Program-made: the position numbers and the translations under genes | In this document: positions 56,016-64,000 of the stretch, in pieces | How the letters are laid out: each line of letters starts with the position of its first letter | How positions within the stretch are numbered: position 1 is the stretch's first letter | The notes under the pieces: model-generated | Told to the model about the DNA's origin: nothing | Databases searched by the model: none | What the model saw: only the letters and a program-made list of their open reading frames with translations | From: Anaerolineaceae bacterium | GTDB taxonomy: Bacteria; Chloroflexota; Anaerolineae; Anaerolineales; Anaerolineaceae | Reading direction: 5' to 3' | Length of the DNA stretch: 64,000 nucleotides | Assembly (NCBI GenBank): GCA_040765685.1 | Contig: JAXGRS010000007.1 | Location: 21,079-85,078 of the forward strand

Positions 56016-57815
56016 ATGTCTGCAGAACTGATCCGTAACTTCTGTATCATTGCCCATGTGGACCATGGTAAGTCGACGCTCGCGGACCGCATGCTGCAAC
56101 TTACCGGTACTGTCTCTGACCGGGAAATGGTGGCGCAAGTATTAGATACCATGGATCTGGAGCGTGAGAAGGGTGTCACGATCAAGGCTTCAGCGGTCAG
56201 GATGAGCTACACCTATAAAGAAAAGGTGTACGAGTTAAACCTCATTGATACTCCCGGTCATGTTGATTTTAATTACGAAGTAAGCCGTGCTCTTGAAGCC
56301 TGTGAAGGCGCGCTGCTAGTGGTAGATGCCACGCAGGGTGTGGAAGCGCAAACTCTTGCCAACCTGTACCTGGCGATCAGCTCCAACCTCACAATACTGC
56401 CGGTCATCAACAAGATCGATCTGGCGTCTGCCAGGCCGGATGAAGTAGCCGAGGAGATCGAAGCCTTGCTGGGTGTGCCGGCTGAATCGATCCTCAAGGT
56501 TTCAGCCAAGGATGGAGTTAACGTCGAACAGGTGCTCGATGCCATAGTAACCCAGATTCCGCCGCCGCAAGGCGATGATCACAAACCACTGCAAGCGCTG
56601 ATCTTTGACAGCCATTACGATTCATACAAGGGCGTTGTGGCTTATGTACGTGTCATGGAAGGCTGCATCGAACCGGATGCAACCCTGCGGCTGATGGCTA
56701 CCCGCGCGGATATCAAACCTGTTGAAATCGGAGTATTCTCACCTGGTATGATCCCGGTGCAGGTGCTAAACGCCGGGGATGTTGGTTATGTGGCTACCGG
56801 TCTCAAAACTGTAAAAGAATGCCGTGTGGGTGATACTTTCACGCTTGCTGCTGACCCAGCTGAAAGACCGCTCCCTGGTTATCTTCATCCCAAACCGATG
56901 GTGTTCGCCGGCATTTACCCAGTTGAAGGAGAGGATTACGAGGAGCTGAAAGAAGCTCTTGACCGCCTTCAATTAAATGATGCCTCACTGACATTTGAAC
57001 CTGAAACCTCACAAGCGCTCAATTTCGGTTTTCGCTGCGGATTCCTGGGTTTGTTCCACATGGAGATCATCCAGGAACGCATTGAACGGGAATATGACCT
57101 GAATATTGTGGTCACCGCGCCATCAGTGGAGTACGAAGTGGTGCTTTTGAATGGCGAAATCGAACGCATCTCCTCGCCTGCCAGGTTGCCGGATGAAAGT
57201 ACGATCGTTGAGGTGCGTGAGCCGTGGATGCGTCTTGAGATCATCTCACCGACCGGCTTTTACGGCACCATCATGGAGCTGGCGATCAAACGCCACGGAA
57301 CCTACATATCTCAGGATTATCCTGCCCCAAACCGGGTTCAATTGAATTATGACATTCCACTTTCTGAATTGATCGTGGATTTCTTTGATGAGTTAAAATC
57401 ACGCACTCGTGGTTATGCTTCGATGGATTACCATTTCCTTGAATACCGCACTGGGAACTTGGTTAAACTGGAGATTCTGGTGGACAACGAACCGGTTGAC
57501 GCTCTGGCAGCAATCGTCCATAAGGAAGATGCTTACCACAAGGGTCAGGCTTTGATTACCAAACTTAAGAAACTGATCCCGCGCCAGATGTTTGATGTGG
57601 CAATCCAGGCATCAGCCAGCGGAAGGATCATCTCACGCGCAACAGTGAAAGCGCTGCGCAAGGATGTTCTGGCAAAGTGTTACGGTGGTGACATCACCCG
57701 CAAGAAAAAGCTGCTCGAGAAACAGAAAAAAGGGAAGCGCCGCATGAAAATGATCGGCGACGTGGAGATCCCCCAGGAGGCGTTCATGGCTGTTCTAAAA
57801 TTGGAGGATGATTGA
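56016..57815 (+). CDS. lepA: translation elongation factor 4
   Basis: [17 protein letters not shown] and DTPGHVDF motifs, plus the LepA-specific C-terminus (…[20 protein letters not shown]). Confidence 0.95.
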   Translation: MSAELIRNFCIIAHVDHGKSTLADRMLQLTGTVSDREMVAQVLDTMDLEREKGVTIKASAVRMSYTYKEKVYELNLIDTPGHVDFNYEVSRALEACEGALLVVDATQGVEAQTLANLYLAISSNLTILPVINKIDLASARPDEVAEEIEALLGVPAESILKVSAKDGVNVEQVLDAIVTQIPPPQGDDHKPLQALIFDSHYDSYKGVVAYVRVMEGCIEPDATLRLMATRADIKPVEIGVFSPGMIPVQVLNAGDVGYVATGLKTVKECRVGDTFTLAADPAERPLPGYLHPKPMVFAGIYPVEGEDYEELKEALDRLQLNDASLTFEPETSQALNFGFRCGFLGLFHMEIIQERIEREYDLNIVVTAPSVEYEVVLLNGEIERISSPARLPDESTIVEVREPWMRLEIISPTGFYGTIMELAIKRHGTYISQDYPAPNRVQLNYDIPLSELIVDFFDELKSRTRGYASMDYHFLEYRTGNLVKLEILVDNEPVDALAAIVHKEDAYHKGQALITKLKKLIPRQMFDVAIQASASGRIISRATVKALRKDVLAKCYGGDITRKKKLLEKQKKGKRRMKMIGDVEIPQEAFMAVLKLEDD

Positions 57816-58846
57816 ACGCACCTTCTGAAAACAAACGTGGTAAGGTGCTACGTTGGCTACCCGGGGTCGTGATCAGCGCGATCGCTATTTATGCGGTCAT
57901 CCGTTTTACCCATGGTCAGGATTTCGGTACAGCCCTAAGGTCTGTCAAACCCTGGTTTATTGTCTTTCAAGTCGTTATTTCTGTTCTTACCTTACTGACG
58001 CGTGCACAGGCGTGGCGGACGATCCTGGGCAAACGTGTAAAGCTCAAAACCTGTTTTTTTGGCATCAGCGAAGGATATTTGCTGAATAATCTCTTTCCCC
58101 TGCGGGCTGGCGAGATCGGCAGAGCCTTGTTTGTCGGCCGGTCATCCGGATTGGGAACTTTGCACATCCTGTCAACCATCCTGATTGAGCGGGCTTTTGA
58201 TATTTTCTTCGCTGCCAGCATCCTTTTATTGACACTTTCAAAGGTGGTGGAGGCAGCCTGGATCAAACCGGTTGCTTTTACAGCCTTTTTTGTGGTCATC
58301 GCTGGTCTGGTTTTTCTTTTTTTGATCTCGGTAAACCGCGAAAAATTCCAGTCCTGGTTACAGGGGAAAAATTTCCATTCGGGGTTCATTAACAATCGCA
58401 TCCTGCCGCAAGTCAACAAGGTCATGGATGGATTATCCGCGCTGGTACATCCCGGACAGTTTTTTCTGAGCCTTTTTTGGATAGGGATCAACTGGGGGAT
58501 CTGGGTGGTTATGTATTACGTCTCCGTCGCCCAGATCGTCCCGGATGCACCACTCTGGTGGGGTGGATTCATCGGCAGTGTTCTAGCGCTCGGTGTGGCC
58601 ATACCCGCTGCACCTGCATCAGTAGGTGTCTATGAGGCTGCTGTGATGGGAGCGTTTGCTGTATTGGGTGTCTCCGGAAGTTCCGGGCTGGCTTACGCCA
58701 TTGTTCTGCACCTGGTGCAGATCGTAGTTACCACCACCTTCGGCTTGTGGGGTATGATCCGCGATGGGCGCAGCCTATCTTCGCTGTTAGCTTCTGTGCT
58801 TGAAAAACAGCGAAATGACACTAACGCAATTGACGAGGAGCATTGA
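57812..58846 (+). CDS. flippase-like UPF0104 membrane protein (LPG-synthase TM-region family)
   Basis: About 8 TM helices and [17 protein letters not shown]. Its TTG start overlaps the lepA stop. Confidence 0.7.
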   Translation: MNAPSENKRGKVLRWLPGVVISAIAIYAVIRFTHGQDFGTALRSVKPWFIVFQVVISVLTLLTRAQAWRTILGKRVKLKTCFFGISEGYLLNNLFPLRAGEIGRALFVGRSSGLGTLHILSTILIERAFDIFFAASILLLTLSKVVEAAWIKPVAFTAFFVVIAGLVFLFLISVNREKFQSWLQGKNFHSGFINNRILPQVNKVMDGLSALVHPGQFFLSLFWIGINWGIWVVMYYVSVAQIVPDAPLWWGGFIGSVLALGVAIPAAPASVGVYEAAVMGAFAVLGVSGSSGLAYAIVLHLVQIVVTTTFGLWGMIRDGRSLSSLLASVLEKQRNDTNAIDEEH

Positions 58847-59874
58847 TGGCAGGTTATACATTAATTACCGGTGGAGCTGGTTTTATTGGATCCAATTATG
58901 CGGCGCGCTGCCTATCGCGTGGTGAAAAGGTGGTGATCTTTGACAATCTTTCCCGTCATGGGGCTGAACTTAACATCGAGTGGTTGAGCGACCGCTTTGA
59001 TCGCAAGTCATTCGAGTTGATCAAAGAGGATATCCGTGACGCTGAAGCCGTTAAGGCAGCTGCAAAAGGGGCTGACCGGATCCTGCACCTGGCTGCTCAG
59101 GTGGCAGTTACAACCTCGGTGACCGATCCAAAGACCGATTTTGAGATCAACGCTAATGGCGCCTTCAACGCGCTTGAGGCTGCCCGTGCTTCAGGCCGCA
59201 AGCCGGCTTTCCTTTACGCATCAACCAATAAGGTGTACGGGGGTATGGAGGATGTGGCGGTTGTGGAACTGGAAAGCCGTTACGATTACCGTGATCTTCC
59301 TGAGGGAGCCTCCGAAAAGCAGCCTTTGGATTTTCACTCGCCCTACGGATGCTCAAAGGGATGCGGCGATCAATATGTACGCGATTACAACCGGATCTAT
59401 GGTCTGCCGACAGTGGTTTTTCGCCAATCCTGTATTTATGGCATACGCCAATTTGGAGTGGAAGACCAGGGCTGGCTGGCATGGTTTGTAATAGCTGCTT
59501 TGATCGGTCGCCCGATCACGATTTACGGGAACGGAAAACAGGTGCGTGACGTATTATTCATTGATGATCTGCTGGACGCGTATGACGCGGCTTTTGGTCA
59601 AATAAAAGCAAGCGCCGGACAAATCTTCAACATTGGCGGCGGCAGGCAGAATTCGATCGCCGTGTGGACAGAATTTCGACCACTCCTGGAAAATTTGATT
59701 GGCAAACCGATCAAGACTAAGATGAAGGAGTGGCGCCCCGGTGACCAGCCTGTGTTCATCTCTGATATTCGCAAGGCGCAAAACCTGCTCGGTTGGCAGC
59801 CTAAGATTGGCGTGGAGCAGGGCATCAGGCGCTTATTCAATTGGGTGAAAGAGAACCAGAGTCTATTTGAATGA
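58846..59874 (+). CDS. NAD-dependent epimerase/dehydratase (extended SDR, CDP-paratose-2-epimerase-like)
   Basis: ITGGAGFIGSN and SPYGCSKGCGDQY (YxxxK). ATG 58846 overlaps the upstream TGA. Confidence 0.85.
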   Translation: MAGYTLITGGAGFIGSNYAARCLSRGEKVVIFDNLSRHGAELNIEWLSDRFDRKSFELIKEDIRDAEAVKAAAKGADRILHLAAQVAVTTSVTDPKTDFEINANGAFNALEAARASGRKPAFLYASTNKVYGGMEDVAVVELESRYDYRDLPEGASEKQPLDFHSPYGCSKGCGDQYVRDYNRIYGLPTVVFRQSCIYGIRQFGVEDQGWLAWFVIAALIGRPITIYGNGKQVRDVLFIDDLLDAYDAAFGQIKASAGQIFNIGGGRQNSIAVWTEFRPLLENLIGKPIKTKMKEWRPGDQPVFISDIRKAQNLLGWQPKIGVEQGIRRLFNWVKENQSLFE

Positions 59875-61040
59875 AAGTATTGATCGTTCTAACCTACTAC
59901 AGACCGCACATAAGCGGATTGACCATATATGCAGAACGGATAGCCAGGGCTCTTGCGAAACGCGGTCACCAGGTAACCGTACTGACCTCGCAATTTGATC
60001 CAAGATTATCGCTGGAGGAGATTTGTGATGGTGTGCGTGTGGTCAGGGTGCCTGTGCTTGCGCGCTTGAGCAAGGGGGTGATCATGCCCTCCCTGGGTCG
60101 TATTGCGAGCAAACTGGTAAAGGAACACGATGTGATCCAATTGCATCTACCGCAATTCGATGCAGCCGGTGTGGCATTGCGCGGCAGGTTGCATAAAAAA
60201 CCCACCGTCATCACCTATCATTGTGATCTTGAACTTCCGCCGGGCTTGTTCAACCGTATCGCCAATCTGGCTGTACTGGCAATGAACGAACTGGCAGCGC
60301 TCTTCACGCATGAGATAGTCACGTATACAGAAGATTATGCCAACCATTCCAGGTACACCCGCCGTCACATGAAAAAGGTGAAGATCATACCACCACCGGT
60401 GGTATTACCTGCCACAACCGCGGATGATAGAGCGGCTTTCCACGCTGAACATAACCCGAAGGATCAGCGGCCGGTGATCGGAATGGCAGCGCGCCTAGCG
60501 ACAGAAAAAGGGGTTGAAGTGCTGCTGAAAGCGATGCCGGAAGTATTAAAAAGGCACCCGAACGCGTTATTCCAGTTTGTTGGACCTTACAAAAACATCA
60601 TAGGTGAGGAACAGTATTTTAAACGCCTGGAACCTGAATTTCGGAAATACGAGACGAATGGCAACTGGCAATTCCTCGGATCGATGTCACCAGCCCAGAT
60701 GTCGGCTTTTTATGCCAACCTTGACTTGCTGGTGGTGCCAAGTTTGAACTCGACCGAAGCCTTTGGATTGGTGCAGATAGAAGCGATGATGAACGGTGTA
60801 CGTTGTATTACCTCAAACCTGCCTGGCGTCCGTCAACCGGTGAAGATCCACAAAATGGGCGCGATCTTCCCGATCGGGGATTCCGGGGAACTGGCACGGA
60901 AGATTCTGGAAGCGTTAGATCACCCGGAGTATCTGCAACAAGCGAATATGGATTTCACCGTCTATGAGCCTGACAAGGTCGCAGCGCAATATGAAGCGTT
61001 GTTTTCTGAGATCAATGCCAAAATAAGAAACTCACCCTGA
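59871..61040 (+). CDS. GT4-family (GT-B) glycosyltransferase
   Basis: C-terminal EAFGLVQIEAMMNG (EX7E region). ATGA overlap with the epimerase gene. Confidence 0.85.
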   Translation: MKVLIVLTYYRPHISGLTIYAERIARALAKRGHQVTVLTSQFDPRLSLEEICDGVRVVRVPVLARLSKGVIMPSLGRIASKLVKEHDVIQLHLPQFDAAGVALRGRLHKKPTVITYHCDLELPPGLFNRIANLAVLAMNELAALFTHEIVTYTEDYANHSRYTRRHMKKVKIIPPPVVLPATTADDRAAFHAEHNPKDQRPVIGMAARLATEKGVEVLLKAMPEVLKRHPNALFQFVGPYKNIIGEEQYFKRLEPEFRKYETNGNWQFLGSMSPAQMSAFYANLDLLVVPSLNSTEAFGLVQIEAMMNGVRCITSNLPGVRQPVKIHKMGAIFPIGDSGELARKILEALDHPEYLQQANMDFTVYEPDKVAAQYEALFSEINAKIRNSP

Positions 61041-61060
61041 TTTCTGCCGGAGCGTAGAGA

Positions 61061-64000
61061 GTGTCGGCCGAACCCGTAGCATTACAAAGATCAAAAGATC
61101 TTAAATCTATTTCCAGACCTATTCCAACCTGGGTCTGGGATGTTCTGTTGGTCCTCGTGTTGATCGTGGCGGGTACGTTGCGGTTTACCGGAATCGAGTG
61201 GGATGGAACCCAGCATTTGCATCCGGATGAACGTTTTTTGACGATGGTAGAAACTTCCATCAGTCCTGTCAGCAGCATCCGCGAGTATTTCGATACCTCA
61301 GCTTCCAGTTTGAACCCGAACAACCGGGGATTTACCTTTTATGTATACGGAACCTTGCCCTTGATCATCGTTAGGTACGTGGGTGAATGGGTGGGCATGA
61401 CAGGGTATGACGAGATCAACGTTGTCGGCCGTATGCTTTCTGGGATTTTTGACCTTGGAACGATCCTTTTTATCTACCTGATCGGGCGACGGCTTTATCG
61501 TCAGGCAAGACTTGGCTTACTGGCTGCCTTGTTCAGCGCGCTGGCAGTGCTTCAGATCCAGCTCTCGCATTATTTCACTGTTGATAACTTTGCCAATTTC
61601 TTTACTTATGCGGCAATCTATGTGGCTGTCAGAATTGCGACTAGTACGCGTGAATTACCGTTAAGCAATGTCGAGGATATCAGTGAGGATAAGCTCCCTA
61701 TCTGGTTGACCTCTCACTGGAGATCAATTCTACCTTACGCGATGTTTGGCTTGTTATACGGCGCTGCGTTGGCCTCAAAAGTAAGTGTGTACGCACTGGC
61801 AGCGCTTTTACCACTTTCGTCTTTCCTTTACTACAAAAAACTGCCTGAATCTCAAAAGCGAACCAGCCTGGCATTGCTCACCAGGAACCTAGTCATCGCA
61901 GGTATTGTGGCCTTTGTGGCTTTCAGAATCTTCCAGCCGTACACCTTTGCCGGGCCTGGTTTCTTTAACTTGAAGATCAATCCAGGGTGGCTCAGCAGCC
62001 TGCGTGAATTATCGGTGATCCAATCTGGAGAGGTCGACGTTCCGTACGCGTTGCAGTGGGCAAGGAGGCCGGTTACCTTTACTATAAAAAATCTTGTTCT
62101 TTACGGGTTTGGCATTCCGTTAGGGGTGCTTTCATTAGCCGGACTAGTTTGGATGGGTTGGCGAATCGTAAAGGGGGATTGGGAAAAACACCTGCTGTTA
62201 TGGGTTTGGGCAGCTTTTGTTCTGGTCACTCAATCGTTGTCGCATGTTAAAAGCATGCGATATGTGATCGCCATTTATCCAGCGCTGGCTCTGATCGCCG
62301 CCTGGGTGATATTTAAATTGTTTGAAACCGGCTCATCAGAAATTCAAAAGATGAGATTCTTCCGTTTCAATTGGAAGAAGGTCCTGGCAATATCAGCCCT
62401 GGTGATCACTGTGATCGGAACTGCTTTATGGGCTTTTGGTTTCACGTCAATCTACAAGCGACCAGTGACACGGGTGGCAGCGAGCGACTGGATCTATGAG
62501 AATATTCCGGCAGCGATCAACTTGAGCATCACTGATGAAAATGGTGTTTCGTTCAATCAGCCGGTGGCTTACCAAAATGGCGCGCTGATATCCTTCGATA
62601 AACCTTATCGCTACAGGTTTACTGCCGTAAATGACACGACAGCTAATCAAGTGAACCTGCAACACGTCCTGAACCAGATTGACACCGGTGCCCAGGTTTC
62701 ATTAATGGTTTCCATTTATGAGGACGAGAATGGCCAACTTACTTACCTGGGCGGAGGGTTTCAACAGTCTGATTTCAAACCGGTTTCCGATTCAAACGGT
62801 GAAAAAGCGGAGCTGGTTCTGCAACAACCTGTGCTGCTCCTGCAGGGAAAACAGTACTTGCTTGAATTTGCAGTGGTTGAAACTGAGGTGTTCCTACGCA
62901 TTGCTGGAGCTGTCACTCTCGAGACCTCCGCTGACGTGCAGTATTTTCCTCAACCGGTCTACCGCCTGACGCAGGAAACCCCCTACCAGCTGCTCTTCTT
63001 CCCCCGGCAATCCGGTACCCTCTCTGAAATCAAATTGAATCGGGTGGTTGACCTGATGAATACCGGTAAAGAAACCCGGCTGACTTTAGCCCTGGCTGAT
63101 TCAAACCACCCGGAAACCATTTTATCCAAAGGAGAAATAACAGATGACTTTGCTCCTGTTATAGATCCGCGTGGCGAACAGCAGCTACTTAAACTGGACC
63201 AGCCATTATACCTGTCAAAGGATACCGGTTATTACCTTTTCTTTTACGTCGAAGGGGAGGCAGAACTGGGCATCTACAACAGCATCAGCGTGGTGGAATC
63301 CACCTGGGATGATGCGCTGCCCGTCAACCTGTATGGTTACAATGTTTTTGGATTTCAGGATGGGCTTTTTGGCAACAATCTTAACCTGGAGTTGTACTGG
63401 GAAGATAATCAGGACAAATTGGACCGGTTGATCTTCTCATTGGATCAGGCGGATGCCATCTTCATCAGTTCAAGCCGGCAGTGGGGATCCATCTCGCGAG
63501 TTCCTGAACGTTATCCGCTAACCACAGAGTACTACCGTGCACTGCTGGGGTGCCCGCAGGATGAAACCGTCGTGTGGTGTTATTCAGTGGCGGAACCGGG
63601 AATGTTCAAGGGGGAGTTGGGATTTGAGCTTGCTGCAACATTTCAGCATGATCCCCAGATCGGAAACCTGTCGGTAAATGACCAGTTTTCTGAGGAAGCC
63701 TTCACTGTCTATGATCACCCCAAAGTGTTCATCTTCCGCAAGAGCGCGGATTATGATCCGCAGCAGGTGAGATCGCTTCTGGGTGCTGTGGACCTGGGTG
63801 AGGTCGTCCATATGACACCCAAACAGGCTGGCGAGATCAACGGCAACCTCATGCTTTCCGCTACGGAAAAGGAAAGGCAGACCTCGGGAGGAACCTGGTC
63901 AGAGCTGTTTCGGGCTGATTCCCTGCTCAACCGTCACCAATGGCTGGCTGCACTGGTTTGGTATCTGGTTTTGACCTTTCTTGGTTGGATGGTCTTTCCA
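61061..64000 (+). CDS. DUF2298 / 'Chlor_Arch_YYY'-type giant polytopic membrane protein (GT-C-like), 3' end outside the window
   Basis: This frame is open from GTG 61061 (stop TAG at 61055-61057 upstream) to the window edge, 980 codons. I saw no stop from about 62040 to the end and in the first few hundred nt; the stretch between was not translated. The track also lists no ORF in this frame. It is absent from the track, presumably because it has no stop. Motifs: GIEWDGTQHLHPDERFLTMV, GFTFYVYG (a YYYxG variant) and FTVYDHPKVFIFRK. Confidence 0.7.
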   Translation, partial: MSAEPVALQRSKDLKSISRPIPTWVWDVLLVLVLIVAGTLRFTGIEWDGTQHLHPDERFLTMVETSISPVSSIREYFDTSASSLNPNNRGFTFYVYGTLPLIIVRYVGEWVGMTGYDEINVVGRMLSGIFDLGTILFIYLIGRRLYRQARLGLLAALFSALAVLQIQLSHYFTVDNFANFFTYAAIYVAVRIATSTRELPLSNVEDISEDKLPIWLTSHWRSILPYAMFGLLYGAALASKVSVYALAALLPLSSFLYYKKLPESQKRTSLALLTRNLVIAGIVAFVAFRIFQPYTFAGPGFFNLKINPGWLSSLRELSVIQSGEVDVPYALQWARRPVTFTIKNLVLYGFGIPLGVLSLAGLVWMGWRIVKGDWEKHLLLWVWAAFVLVTQSLSHVKSMRYVIAIYPALALIAAWVIFKLFETGSSEIQKMRFFRFNWKKVLAISALVITVIGTALWAFGFTSIYKRPVTRVAASDWIYENIPAAINLSITDENGVSFNQPVAYQNGALISFDKPYRYRFTAVNDTTANQVNLQHVLNQIDTGAQVSLMVSIYEDENGQLTYLGGGFQQSDFKPVSDSNGEKAELVLQQPVLLLQGKQYLLEFAVVETEVFLRIAGAVTLETSADVQYFPQPVYRLTQETPYQLLFFPRQSGTLSEIKLNRVVDLMNTGKETRLTLALADSNHPETILSKGEITDDFAPVIDPRGEQQLLKLDQPLYLSKDTGYYLFFYVEGEAELGIYNSISVVESTWDDALPVNLYGYNVFGFQDGLFGNNLNLELYWEDNQDKLDRLIFSLDQADAIFISSSRQWGSISRVPERYPLTTEYYRALLGCPQDETVVWCYSVAEPGMFKGELGFELAATFQHDPQIGNLSVNDQFSEEAFTVYDHPKVFIFRKSADYDPQQVRSLLGAVDLGEVVHMTPKQAGEINGNLMLSATEKERQTSGGTWSELFRADSLLNRHQWLAALVWYLVLTFLGWMVFP

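Overview
This is a gene-dense 64-kb chromosomal core segment with about 61 protein-coding genes, 2 tRNAs and one RNase P RNA. I saw no rRNA, CRISPR array, transposase or prophage signal. All calls rest on motif and family recognition by eye; no BLAST or HMM search could be run. Gene content suggests a Chloroflexota (Anaerolineae-like) genome, but that is inference only. The supporting genes are a DUF2298 'Chlor_Arch_YYY'-type giant membrane protein, mevalonate kinase with isopentenyl-phosphate kinase, a tungsten-type aldehyde:ferredoxin oxidoreductase, Thr/Pro-rich lipoprotein-like envelope proteins, and many leaderless starts. Most of the window is housekeeping: dinB, udk, tpiA, ruvB, queA, eno, pyrG, mutL, tilS, queG, ffh-rpsP-rimM, dprA, topA, greA, lepA. 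Nine things deserve a second look. (1) About ten operon-first genes have a -10 box 6-9 nt upstream of the ATG, which fits leaderless mRNAs. (2) Three adjacent genes at 9.8-11.6 kb have disrupted reading frames: upp with at least 5 frame changes, the ruvB 5' end, and the queA N-terminus. This is either real gene decay or local assembly error. (3) A STAS / RsbW-like kinase / six-GAF PP2C partner-switching operon has no sigma factor nearby. (4) A receiver-domain TadZ/CpaE-like ATPase with a degenerate P-loop is translationally coupled to a sirtuin. (5) A tyrosine-recombinase-fold protein lacks most catalytic residues. (6) A six-gene envelope operon runs DUF1015 / M23 / beta-propeller / M23 / NBR1-type Ig lipoprotein / queG, next to a LysM gene. 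(7) topA carries an N-terminal zinc-ribbon extension. (8) A minus-strand gene string links a DPPR-synthase-like UbiA prenyltransferase to mvk and ipk. (9) lepA is translationally coupled to a flippase-like / epimerase / GT4 / DUF2298 envelope-glycan cluster. Its last ORF (61061 to the window end) is missing from the supplied ORF track.
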